DNA of 63,780 nt, filler included, from Candidatus Woesearchaeota archaeon (GCA_003650545.1; 6 parts of 6 records of this genome joined end to end with filler, not necessarily neighbours in it); one strand, 5' to 3'. Positions 43,352 to 53,320 are shown, numbered from the whole stretch's first letter. Notes: generated by a model not told the origin, from the letters alone. Numbers and translations: made by a program.

Positions 43352-44272
43352 TTATACTTTCTTTTTTTTCTTTGTCTTTTTGATCTCTTTTTCTAGTTTT
43401 AGCTTTTCTAGAAGTTCCTTGTAGCGGTTTCTGATAGTTACTTCAGTAACACCAGCAACATCTGCAACCTCTCTTTGGGTACGTTTCTCACCATGTATTA
43501 ATGCGCTAACATATAAAGCTGCAGCTGCAATACCTGTTGGACCTCTTCCAGATGTCAATTCTACTTTCTGAGCCTTGTCAAGTATCTCAACAGCTTTACT
43601 TTGCGTCTCTGCACTAAGTTTCAATGAACTAGCAAACCTAGCAATATAATCTGCAGGATTACTTGGAAGTATACTTATGCCTAGTTCTCTTGTAACAAAT
43701 CTATATGTGCGGCCGATTTCTTTCTTTTCAATACCAGAAGCTTCTGAAAGCTCATCTAATGTTCTTGGTACTTCATGGCGCCTGCAAGCAGCATATAAAG
43801 CACCTGAAACAACGCTTTCCATGCTTCTGCCTCTTACCAGACCACGCTGTACAGCTAAAGTATATATACGAGCAGCTTCCTCTTCAACAGAGCTAGGTAA
43901 CTTTAAATAAGAGCTAACTCTTTTTAGCTCTGCAAGAGCCAGTTTTAGGTTGCGCTCAATTGCAGTACTTATTCTGTACTGCCATTTTCTAAGCCTGAAA
44001 AACTTATTCCGCTCTTTACTACCTAAAGCATATAGATCTCCTTTTTGACCTACCTCTGTTCCAAGACCTTGATCATACTGAGTATAAGTCAACGGAGCAC
44101 CTGTTCTACGTTTTGATTGTGATTCAGAATCAAATTCGCGCCATTCTTGACCAAAATCAACCATTTTATCTTCAATTACAAGACCACAGTCTTTACAAAT
44201 CACTTCTCCCTTATCTTTATTCCAGAAGAGGTTGATTCCTCCACATTCAGGACATTTTTTTACATAGGTCAT
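43352..44272 (-). CDS. tfb: transcription initiation factor IIB (TFB)
   Basis: Zn ribbon CPECG...CKDCG, EWREF, two cyclin repeats, GVTEVTIRNRYKE. Confidence 0.98.
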   Translation of the reverse strand: MTYVKKCPECGGINLFWNKDKGEVICKDCGLVIEDKMVDFGQEWREFDSESQSKRRTGAPLTYTQYDQGLGTEVGQKGDLYALGSKERNKFFRLRKWQYRISTAIERNLKLALAELKRVSSYLKLPSSVEEEAARIYTLAVQRGLVRGRSMESVVSGALYAACRRHEVPRTLDELSEASGIEKKEIGRTYRFVTRELGISILPSNPADYIARFASSLKLSAETQSKAVEILDKAQKVELTSGRGPTGIAAAALYVSALIHGEKRTQREVADVAGVTEVTIRNRYKELLEKLKLEKEIKKTKKKKKV

Positions 44273-44477
44273 GATAATAGCCTCCTAGACATCACCTACC
44301 CCCGATTTTAAATTTTAATGAAAAATCACTACCTTTTATATATTAAAAACAGAACTTATATTTAAAGCTTTCTATTAGGATATTTATTTACCATATTAAA
44401 ATTTTATTTAAAATTTAATTAAAAATTAAATTTATTACCTTGCAATTTAGTTATTTAAAACTTATTACCTTAGTACA

Positions 44478-44582
44478 CATTCTTACTATATTCTTACTAC
44501 ATATTCTTACACATTCTTACTACATTCTTACTACATATTCTTACTACTTTTATTCTTACTACTTTACTATACTTTACTACAC
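44478..44582 (+). repeat. degenerate minisatellite of (AT)TCTTACTAC-like units
   Basis: Roughly nine imperfect 9-14-nt copies between tfb and the K+ channel gene. Confidence 0.8.
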
Positions 44583-44636
44583 CTTAGTATTTCAGATTAT
44601 TTATACTTAACATTAGTTATGTATCGATTTTCTTAG

Positions 44637-45590
44637 TTATGTAGTATTGATTGTGTGTTCTAGTGCTACTTTAGCTGTTTTATCTGTGATAATATTTTTA
44701 ATTTGTTTGTTAATCTGTCCATTTATACTGGCCTTCATCTTTAATATATCTCTTATCTGAGACTGAATTTTTTTGTCTTGTACAATATCAAGCTGTTTAC
44801 AAACACTGTTAGTATTATTAAGAATACTCCCTAAAGTACTAATAGCGATATTTTTGCGCCACATTATTTGTTTATCATCTAACAATGTAATTAGGTCGTA
44901 TGTTCTAATCAATGAGAGATCTATGCTATTTAGTATTAGACCTATGTCAAATTCATCATTTTTATTGAGCCTTTTCATGATTCTAACTGTGTCCATCAAA
45001 GCCACATCAAAACTAGTAAAAGTCATCCATAAATCATTGATCTCTGCTTTTGTTGCTTTTTCTGTATTAATCCTATAGTTATATTTATTGATTTCAGATC
45101 TATATAAATAAAAAGAAGATCTTAGTCTGTTAATTTGCTCTTTTTCAGACATAGAATGGATCTCTTCCAACATTTTTTCTTGTTTTACACTGACAATTTT
45201 AGAAATAATCATTCCATATATAATCAGCCCTGATATAACTTCTATTACAGATAGTAATTTTGCTATTCCTAACGGAGCAATGTCACCATATCCTAAAGAA
45301 GTAGAAGTTACAAAGCTGAAATAGATTGAATTTAACAAACCTGTTAGATCTTGAGTAATCATCTGGCCATGATAAGTAATCGAATTATTAGGTATATATG
45401 AAAGAAAATAATACGATACACCAAACACAAGTATAACATGGATCCAATAATAAAATATCTTAGTAAATGTTTGTCTCTGAAAGAATTCTGAAAATCCCAA
45501 ATTGAGCTTGCCTTTTAAATTTGAAAAGCTGTTGCTAACTTTTTGTGTAAATTTTGCTATCAAGCTTCTAGCGTATATTTCCAATTTCAT
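44637..45590 (-). CDS. two-TM potassium channel family protein
   Basis: YFSFVTSTSLGYGD pore/filter flanked by TM helices. Confidence 0.9.
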   Translation of the reverse strand: MKLEIYARSLIAKFTQKVSNSFSNLKGKLNLGFSEFFQRQTFTKIFYYWIHVILVFGVSYYFLSYIPNNSITYHGQMITQDLTGLLNSIYFSFVTSTSLGYGDIAPLGIAKLLSVIEVISGLIIYGMIISKIVSVKQEKMLEEIHSMSEKEQINRLRSSFYLYRSEINKYNYRINTEKATKAEINDLWMTFTSFDVALMDTVRIMKRLNKNDEFDIGLILNSIDLSLIRTYDLITLLDDKQIMWRKNIAISTLGSILNNTNSVCKQLDIVQDKKIQSQIRDILKMKASINGQINKQIKNIITDKTAKVALEHTINTT

Positions 45591-45783
45591 TTATTCTCAT
45601 TCAATAGATATACTTTTTAGTATACTGATATAGTGAAAATGATTTTAATATATTTAAATTTTATGTACGACATGTGCTAAACTAAAACTGCAAGAAAATT
45701 CTGTTAACTACTAAACCTAAAAAATCTTTATTTATAAAATAAATAAAAAAATATAAATAATACTAGTAAACTTAAAAAAATAT

Positions 45784-46002
45784 GCCGCGGTCGCATAACC
45801 TGGTACGCTTATCTGTTTCATCGCAAACACATCATTCACTAGATATTAAACCTAGAGTTAGGTAAATTGGTGTAAAAGGTATGTGCGAATAGAGACAAGA
45901 TACAGTGCAGGAGATTGCGTCGGCCTTGAGAGCCGATTCCGAAAGGAATTCCCGGTTCGAAAGAAGAAGCAAAAGCTTTTCACGAATATCCGGGCCGCGG
46001 CG
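45784..46002 (+). tRNA. tRNA-Ser(TGA) with a 109-nt D-loop intron (45805-45913) and a 27-nt T-loop intron (45962-45988)
   Basis: Acceptor GCCGCGG/CCGCGGC with G73, TCGGC-CTTGAGA-GCCGA, long variable arm TTCC-GAAA-GGAA; BHB helices CCTG/CAGG and TTCG/CGAA. Confidence 0.9.
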
Positions 46003-46017
46003 TAGTTACTATCCTTT

Positions 46018-46908
46018 TCAAAACAAAAGATACTTTTTATTCTCTTTGATATAATTTCTAATAAACCACTGCACAAAAATACTTTCCTCATTTTTGGTCT
46101 GCGACCTCTCCAGTGCATTATAGTAACTATTTCTGTTTGTGTAAGGAATATCAAATAACGGATATTTGTGCTTTTTCAACACAAAATTCATCATTAGCCT
46201 TGATATTCTGCCATTTCCATCGCCAAAAGGATGGATTGTTACAAACTTTAAATGCACTAGTGCCGCTAACTTTACAGGATGAATTTTAGCCCTGTTTTTA
46301 GAGTACCAGCTAAAGAAATCATTCAACAGTGGATTTATTTCAACAGGCAAAGGAGGGGTAAATTTACTGCCAGAAATTACAACTCCGTGTTTTCGGATTT
46401 TTCCAGCAGTATCTTGTTTGGTTTCATTGAATAGCTTCTTATGCCAATATAGAGCAACATTCAATGATAGTTCTTTTTTATATTCAAGCACTTCATAAAA
46501 TACTTTCATGTGGGCTTCAGCCTCCTTAATGTCTCTGAGTGGCTTTTTATTAGGGCTTATTCCTTTTTCAAGTAGATTTGCCGTTTCCCTAAGGGTAAGC
46601 TTAGAACCTTCTATCCTCTGCGTGTCATAAGTAAATCTAACCATAAAAGCTTCTGTTGCTTTTTCTCTATCTGATTTTGGCATAGACTTTATTTCTCTAG
46701 AAAAGCCAGTTTTGATTTTTTCTAATATTTCATACCATTTTTCCTTATAGATTGAGCTGATAAAATCTCTTTTGATTTCGTCAATATTCTTAGGAATTTC
46801 ATGACCAAGATACAGTTCCTTCTTTTTTACTGACTTTCCTTTTCTGAATGAGTGTTCTAGGTAATAATATTCTTTATTTCCTATTGTTTTTTTTTTAATT
46901 GTGACCAT
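46018..46908 (-). CDS. Fic-domain protein
   Basis: Canonical HPFGDGNGRISR motif; TQRIEGS. Confidence 0.93.
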   Translation of the reverse strand: MVTIKKKTIGNKEYYYLEHSFRKGKSVKKKELYLGHEIPKNIDEIKRDFISSIYKEKWYEILEKIKTGFSREIKSMPKSDREKATEAFMVRFTYDTQRIEGSKLTLRETANLLEKGISPNKKPLRDIKEAEAHMKVFYEVLEYKKELSLNVALYWHKKLFNETKQDTAGKIRKHGVVISGSKFTPPLPVEINPLLNDFFSWYSKNRAKIHPVKLAALVHLKFVTIHPFGDGNGRISRLMMNFVLKKHKYPLFDIPYTNRNSYYNALERSQTKNEESIFVQWFIRNYIKENKKYLLF

Positions 46909-47398
46909 AGTTTAATTTACCCCTACAAATATATAAATCTTTCTATTTTTTCCAAATGTAGGGGTATGGTCTTCTGTACAAGAATCTAATTGATGTTGTG
47001 TTCCTTGCATATTAAATGGAACCAACAGTTGACATCAGCATGATCAAAAGTTAGATTAAAGCCCTCTTTCTTTAATACAGTGGTATATAGTTATACATCC
47101 ATTTGAAATCTTTATGGGAGAAAATAAGTGTGTTTATTTAGAAATTGTTTTGATACTATCTGGAAAATATGTAAATAGTAGGTGGTTTGATCATTTCAAA
47201 AATAAATTAATAGTCAAAAATGAATAATTCAAGTTCAGATTTGGATAAGACAAGTGTAGAGGCATAGAAGCATATTAAGGGATTAGTAGAATTTTGTACA
47301 AGAAAATTTAGATGATCAGAATATTTTCTTGATAGGATTCAAGAAACGAATCAAATAGCTTTTTTTCTTCTAATCCTATCAAAAAGATAAACAAGTGA

Positions 47399-48238
47399 TT
47401 ACTTCATCATTCCCATTATGGAACTGATATCTATTCTACTTAGGTCTTCATCAATCACTTTCTGGCCTACTTCGACTTCGTAATCCTCTTTATAAAAAAG
47501 ACCAATCGGAATTTTATTTCCCCACTCTGAGGCTTTCATATAAGCTTTCATCTTATCAGAAAAATCATGTTTCTCATCTTCTAACTTGTAAACACGCTCC
47601 CTGAACCATGCAAAAGTGTTCTTTTTGTTAAAGCTGATACAAGGCTGCAACACATCAACCAACGCAGCGCCTTTATGCTTTATCGCCTGTACAAATAACT
47701 CAGTGAGATGAAGAACATCACCTGCAAAACCACGAGCAACAAAAGTTGCACCACTGGCTATAGCAACTGTTAAAGGGTTGAATGCACGCTCAGGATTACC
47801 ATAAGGTGTTGATTTTGTAATAAATCTATTATCTTTATCACTCGTAGGACTAGTCTGACCAGTTGTAAGACCATATATTTGATTGTTATGAACAACATAT
47901 GTTATGTCAATATTTCTTCTCATTGTATGAATGAAATGATTAGTACCCTCTGAATAACCATCACCATCTCCACCATGGGCAATAACAGTCAGCTCTGGGT
48001 TAACAAGTTTGATTGCAACTGCAAGTGGTAAAGGCCTTCCATGTAAACCATTGAATCCATAACACCTAATCCAGTAGGGCACCTTTCCAGAGCAACCTAT
48101 TCCAGAAGTTATAACAAGGTCTTTAGATTTTATACCAAGCTTAACAATTGCATTCTTCATAGCACTTAGTATACCGTAATTACCACAACCGGGACACCAT
48201 GTTGGTGTTGTTGAGGTGTTTAATTCTTCTAGTTTCAT
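47399..48238 (-). CDS. 2-oxoacid:ferredoxin oxidoreductase beta subunit (start moved to ATG 48238)
   Basis: WCPGCG, SGIGCS, LHGR, GGDGD, NNQIYGLTTGQ.SPT, QPC. Confidence 0.95.
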   Translation of the reverse strand: MKLEELNTSTTPTWCPGCGNYGILSAMKNAIVKLGIKSKDLVITSGIGCSGKVPYWIRCYGFNGLHGRPLPLAVAIKLVNPELTVIAHGGDGDGYSEGTNHFIHTMRRNIDITYVVHNNQIYGLTTGQTSPTSDKDNRFITKSTPYGNPERAFNPLTVAIASGATFVARGFAGDVLHLTELFVQAIKHKGAALVDVLQPCISFNKKNTFAWFRERVYKLEDEKHDFSDKMKAYMKASEWGNKIPIGLFYKEDYEVEVGQKVIDEDLSRIDISSIMGMMK

Positions 48239-48245
48239 TACATCT

Positions 48246-48289
48246 ACCTCAAGGATACCCAAACGTTTACGTTTGGGAGGAATTGAGGT
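48246..48289. mobile_element. IS200/IS605-type terminal hairpin (probable element end or MITE)
   Basis: ACCTCAAGGATA-CCCAAACGT-TT-ACGTTTGGG-AGGAATTGAGGT; same layout as the hairpin at 38763; ~65 bp from the contig break. Confidence 0.55.
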
Positions 48290-48354
48290 CCTCCGTTAGT
48301 TTTTTCTAGTATTTTTGGTTGATGAATGAGTGCGCAGCGGAATGGGCGCACTCA

Positions 48355-48454
48355 NNNNNNNNNNNNNNNNNNNNNNNNNNNNNNNNNNNNNNNNNNNNTT
48401 AATTAATTAANNNNNNNNNNNNNNNNNNNNNNNNNNNNNNNNNNNNNNNNNNNN
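48355..48454. other. artificial contig linker
   Basis: N-run/TTAATTAATTAA/N-run. Confidence 0.98.
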
Positions 48455-48688
48455 ACCATGTTTCTCCTTGATTTTTTGACGAGCTTCTTCTAATAACTTT
48501 GCACCAATTTCTAAGAGACTATCTCTAGTAATCATTACACCAGACAATAATATGTGGAATCGAGAGATTTCAACAACGTATATAGCTCTTACAACACCCT
48601 TGAGACTCTTAGATAAATTACATGCATACTCTAGAGCTTTCCAAGAATACTCACTACCATCATAAGCAACTAAAATCTTCTCGATCAA
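48455..48688 (-). CDS. universal stress protein (truncated at contig end)
   Basis: KILVAYDGSEYSWKALEYA. Confidence 0.9.
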
Positions 48689-49531
48689 ATTATCACCTAG
48701 TAAGAGATTTAAAAATATGTTAATATATTTTTAACGCGTAAATCAATTCTTATCTATTCTTATGATTAAGTATATTAATTTACTATCAGTTATTCTCTAC
48801 ACAAGATAGTTATAGCTATTTCAGACGTTAAGTGTCTATCTTGGTGAAATCCGTTATTGCAATCACTTACAATACGATGTGATGCTGGTGCCTTAAGTTA
48901 GTAGTTTACTCTTCATCTATGTTTATGTATATATCATTAAGGAGGAATTCTCAACTGTGTTTTTGGTAGACCCGCAGGATTTGAATCCTGGATTTGTATA
49001 TGAGAACATAGTGTTATGGAAGAATGCATATTGTTAAGTATGCATAGTATCTGAAACGATAGCTATGGCGGATATTAACAATGATATTATTTCATCTAGG
49101 AATATGCATAATAGTTTTATGAACATAATTTTACTTCAAAGATATGTGTTCTTAGTTCTTTTAATCAGCAATTTATGTCTTGCTTTTGGTATTTCCTGGT
49201 GTCCAGTCTATGTGGGAACAGCACCTATTTTAAGACTCCACGTTAGGTGATCGATGATCTCAAAAGAACTATATGAGGTAATGAGGACAATACAGGGATT
49301 CTTTACTCTAGTAATAGAGTCAGAAGAATCTATATAGCTGATACTAGGTTATAGCAACCTATCTAGAGGATTAGCTGATACTAGCCGAAGAATAGCTCTC
49401 AAAATTCAACTAACTCATAAAATGATAGCATACTCAGCATAATAGTAGTGAAGTCGTAGAAACATAATTTTAAATAGCGCAACACTACACGTTAGAAACC
49501 CGCGTCGTTTTACATGGAGTGATTGAATAGT

Positions 49532-50245
49532 TCAAGAACCATGGTTGTTATATTTAGGTTTTAGTAGATATATCAAGATTTGTTCAAGTACTTTTGCTGT
49601 TTTGAGGTCTTCTGTCTCGATGACTTTAAGTTTGAGGCTTTTCAAGTAGTTTCTAGCCTCATTAACATTACTATACTCTTCCAGGATTTTTCTACCAAAT
49701 GTATGTGGTTGTTGTGACTGTCCTAGATTACTCCAGAGGTCATGTTTTAAACGTCTATGGAGATTATTTGTTGAACCTACGTACTCTACTTGCATGTCAC
49801 TAAAGAAGACATACACTCCAGTTTTGCCCTGGTAATTGGTAGATACCTCTGTTACGCTTATGGGTTTCATAATGGGTAGCTTAGTAATGTAAGACCTAAG
49901 TTTTTCCATGAGCTCTACATATCTCTTTAGAATCATGTTACATTTTTCATTGGGATGCGTCTTTATCCTTAATCCATTACTATATATACCATGTTTCTCC
50001 GGGTCATAGAGTTCGTATCTACCATCCTCCCTTAGAAAAAGAAATCTCTCTGGTGCGTTAGACCAGTGCCTATATGCTGGAGGAAGATTAACCACGAGCC
50101 ACATTAAGTGCTACCATATAGTATCATTACTCCAGTCACCCATAGACCTAACTTTATTGAATAACTCTTCAGCTGTAACAGGGCCTCTACCTAGCTCCAA
50201 TATAGCTTTCTTAACAGCTTCACGGCAAGTAAGCTTATCCTTCAG
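49532..50245 (-). pseudogene. GIY-YIG nuclease with N-terminal helical domain, interrupted by in-frame TAG at 50111-50113
   Basis: GVYVF...YVGST..L.RRL...LE...KPKYN; frame is open from a GGGGTGA RBS/CTG at 50245 except for one TAG (TIW*HLMW). Confidence 0.7.
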
Positions 50246-50278
50246 AATATCACCCCTTAGAATCTGTTCTCAGAGTAT

Positions 50279-50536
50279 CTACCCTGACTTTTCAATCTCC
50301 TTTACTTCAAAACCTAGCTTAGTTAGGATTCTATAGGCGTCCATTGCCGTAAACGCTATCCTCGGCAACCCTGTTACCAAGCTTATAACCTGTTTAATAG
50401 GATACTTTCTACCATTAATCTCAACATAATATTTTCTCCTACCAGTAAGAGGCTCTGGCTCTACATCCTTAACAGCATTAATAATGTCCTCTTTCTCAAT
50501 ATCGAATCGCTTGCCACGAATAGTGAACACCACCAC
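50279..50536 (-). CDS. small putative DNA-binding protein
   Basis: YYVEINGRKYPIKQV...A.RIL.KLGF pattern, recalled as a domain often fused to restriction-type nucleases. Confidence 0.6.
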   Translation of the reverse strand: MVVFTIRGKRFDIEKEDIINAVKDVEPEPLTGRRKYYVEINGRKYPIKQVISLVTGLPRIAFTAMDAYRILTKLGFEVKEIEKSG

Positions 50537-50765
50537 TTAGACCACCACTTACTACTATACCTACACCATCTAATAAAGATTTCTATTAATAAATTAAAAA
50601 CAGTACTTGTGATAAAAAAGAACAATAATTCATTTAGCACTAAGTATAAGTGTTCATAACTACGTTATGTCGCATCTGAACAATTATGGCATTTTTATTT
50701 GGACACTTTGTAATACTAGGTATACTTTAGGAGATGACTCTTAAAAATGGATAATACTGAAATAA

Positions 50766-50878
50766 TAGTACTAAAGAGTACTAAAATGGTACCATTATCG
50801 TATTCTCTGGTACCATATGGTACCGAATAGTACTATAGGGGTAAGGTTTTAGTACTTCTTAGTACTATTATAGTACTG
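50766..50878. promoter_or_regulatory. helically phased array of RGTACY palindromes (putative RHH operator or iterons)
   Basis: GTAC at 50768, 778, 789, 810, 820, 830, 852, 862, 873, with GTAT at 800 and GTAA at 841 filling the phase; mean spacing 10.5 bp. Confidence 0.75.
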
Positions 50879-50879
50879 G

Positions 50880-51143
50880 ATGCAATACTTGGCTCGGAAG
50901 CAGGTGAAGTTCTACCTAGAACCCGAGCTCTATGAAAGGCTGAGAAGGCTAGCAGAGGAGCAGGGCGTTAGCGTGCCACAGCTGGTTAGGAGCCTGGTGT
51001 TGGAGTACCTGGGAGAGGCTGGGGAGGACAATCTAGCCAGGAGACTCAGAGAGCTCGAGGAGAAGTACGAACAGTTAGCTAGGGAGCTCGGCAGGGTGGA
51101 GAAGGACCTAGCATTACTTATGAAGAGGTGCTCTAAGACATGA
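50880..51143 (+). CDS. CopG/ribbon-helix-helix protein with C-terminal coiled coil
   Basis: KQVKFYLEPELYERLRRLAEEQGVSVPQLVRSLVLEYL. Confidence 0.85.
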   Translation: MQYLARKQVKFYLEPELYERLRRLAEEQGVSVPQLVRSLVLEYLGEAGEDNLARRLRELEEKYEQLARELGRVEKDLALLMKRCSKT

Positions 51144-52690
51144 GCACAGACGTAGACCCCTACTCCCTGCTTAAGTCCTATAATCCCTGGTGGAGCGATG
51201 CAGACTGGCATATGAAGGACCCCCTCCTGAAGGCGTTTGATGAATCCATTCTGGGTAAGGAGCCTAGACTTTACTATCATTTGCGTAGAATCTCCGAGCC
51301 TGGCAAGTACGGGATAATAACCATACGAGGGCCGCGCCGGGTCGGCGAGACTACTCTAATCAAGCTACTCATAAGGTACTTGTTTGTCGAGAAGAGGATA
51401 GCTCCTAGGAGTGTCTTCTATGTTTCCCTGGATTATGAGGGCTTGAAGAATGTTAAGCTCATAAGCCTGCTAGAGGCAATAGCCCATAGTAGTCGCCTCG
51501 AGAAGTACGTCTTCCTTGATGAAGCCTCCATGTATCCAGAGTGGGCTCAAGCACTCAAGAATTTATATGACATAGGCTTGTTAGAGAGAGGGAGGCTGAA
51601 GATAGTTGCTTCTGGTAGTCACTCCATGGACTTAGCTGAGGCGGCAAGCAAGCTCAGGGGGAGACAAGGAGAGCTAGCTAGACTCTTCAATGTCGGAGGG
51701 AACCTTGTCCACTTGCCGCTACGTTTCCCTGAGGTGGTTGAATCTCTAAGGAGTGAGATAGACGAATTCTTTACCAAGTACAGGTTTAGAAGGTCTAGTC
51801 GAAGGTTCCGAATACTAGAGGAGCTTGCAACTGGCAGGATACCAGAGGTACTCCAGGAAATCTATGACAATTACTTTCAGTTGCTCCAAGCGGTCTTCGA
51901 GGATTACTTGGTACACGGTGGATACCCCCGTGCTATAGATGAGTATTATAAAAATAATGTGATAGGAGAGGACTTCTACTCAGACCTAGCCGAGCTACTA
52001 GTCAAAGACTCCGAGAAGGCAGGATTAAATCCTGATAATCTGAAGAGACTCCTTGAAGCACTAACCGAGCCCATGAGGCTCTCCAGCACAGTAAACTTCA
52101 GTGAAATAGACGTAATAGGACTAGACGAAGATGCAAGACCTAAGCGTAGATTCGGGCTGAGACGCTACTTGGAGTACCTGCGCACTACTTGGGCGTTCTT
52201 CTTCTCGTATCGTGAACTGGGCAAAAGTGGAAGCTGCGAGCCTAACCCCGAGGCTGAAGTCAAGAACTATGTACTAGACCCATTCATCTACCATTCCCTC
52301 TACAGCTACCTAAGAAACATTCCAGACCCCTTCGACGTATCTAAGAAGCTGGTCTCCAAGAAAGATTTCAAGGGCCGACTAGTCGAGAGTGTTGTGGCCT
52401 CACACCTCCTACTATCCCAACAGCTATTCGAGAGAGTCCCATCAGTAGACTACGTAAAGGTACTCATGTACAGGAAGAGTCCACATAACGACAAAGAAAA
52501 GGAGACAGACTTCGTGCTCTGCATCAAAAAGAGAGGACAGAGCCACCGGTTCATAATAGAGGCAAAATACAGGAAAACACCAGCCCACATAATCCCAGAA
52601 CCAGGCAAAGTAGTCCTAACAAAGGACACCCTAAAAACCAAGAATAACATCGTATTCATACCAGTATCACTCTTCCTACTCATCTTCTAA
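51140..52690 (+). CDS. AAA_14/DUF4143-type ATPase; Walker A lysine replaced by Glu
   Basis: NPWW, GPRRVGETT (normally GKT), FLDEA, SGS, GGYP, C-terminal E.DF...IEAK. Confidence 0.85.
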   Translation: MSTDVDPYSLLKSYNPWWSDADWHMKDPLLKAFDESILGKEPRLYYHLRRISEPGKYGIITIRGPRRVGETTLIKLLIRYLFVEKRIAPRSVFYVSLDYEGLKNVKLISLLEAIAHSSRLEKYVFLDEASMYPEWAQALKNLYDIGLLERGRLKIVASGSHSMDLAEAASKLRGRQGELARLFNVGGNLVHLPLRFPEVVESLRSEIDEFFTKYRFRRSSRRFRILEELATGRIPEVLQEIYDNYFQLLQAVFEDYLVHGGYPRAIDEYYKNNVIGEDFYSDLAELLVKDSEKAGLNPDNLKRLLEALTEPMRLSSTVNFSEIDVIGLDEDARPKRRFGLRRYLEYLRTTWAFFFSYRELGKSGSCEPNPEAEVKNYVLDPFIYHSLYSYLRNIPDPFDVSKKLVSKKDFKGRLVESVVASHLLLSQQLFERVPSVDYVKVLMYRKSPHNDKEKETDFVLCIKKRGQSHRFIIEAKYRKTPAHIIPEPGKVVLTKDTLKTKNNIVFIPVSLFLLIF

Positions 52691-52827
52691 AAGGCATCTA
52701 AGGTTTCAATCGTTCGACGCATCCGCAGAAAGGAATAAGGCATCTCAAGGCTTGTATCGAAAGAATTATGATGTTTGTTCTCGATAATATTACAATAGTT
52801 GGAAAGATACGAACCAGTAGGTAACTG

Positions 52828-53298
52828 GTGTTTCGGATGAGCTTAAGTGAGGGTATTAATGATGCTGAGAAGGCTATTGCTATGTTGATAGCGTTGGTTG
52901 TTACAATAGTCGTTGCATATACAGTACTGGATGTATTAAGAGACGCATTCACTGGCACAGGGGTAGACACGAGCTACATAGAACAAAGCAGAGGTCAGAT
53001 TAATTTCTTAGTTGCCACATTTCTAATAGTAGGGGGTATAGGCGGGCTTATTACGTTTATGAAGGCAATAGACAATCCTTCATGGGGTTTTGGATACTTT
53101 ATAGGCCTAATTATTCTTGCTCCATTGGCTATAGGAGTAGTACTCATACTTGGTAATAGCATTTATGTAAAAGTTCCAAGTGATGTTTATGATGTTTCCA
53201 ATGTGTCCCCCGAGGCAATCTTAGCATTACTAGGCGTGATTATTGGACTTATAATTATGCTGGTGTATAAGGTGGTAAATGATGCGTATTCTTACTAG
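52828..53298 (+). CDS. hypothetical 4-TM membrane protein
   Basis: Four hydrophobic segments. Confidence 0.6.
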   Translation: MFRMSLSEGINDAEKAIAMLIALVVTIVVAYTVLDVLRDAFTGTGVDTSYIEQSRGQINFLVATFLIVGGIGGLITFMKAIDNPSWGFGYFIGLIILAPLAIGVVLILGNSIYVKVPSDVYDVSNVSPEAILALLGVIIGLIIMLVYKVVNDAYSY

Positions 53299-53320
53299 TT
53301 ATATAGCTTAAACATCGTTC

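Noticed and set aside
45858..46154. 98-aa minus-strand ORF
   Set aside because: Antisense to tRNA-Ser and out of frame within Fic
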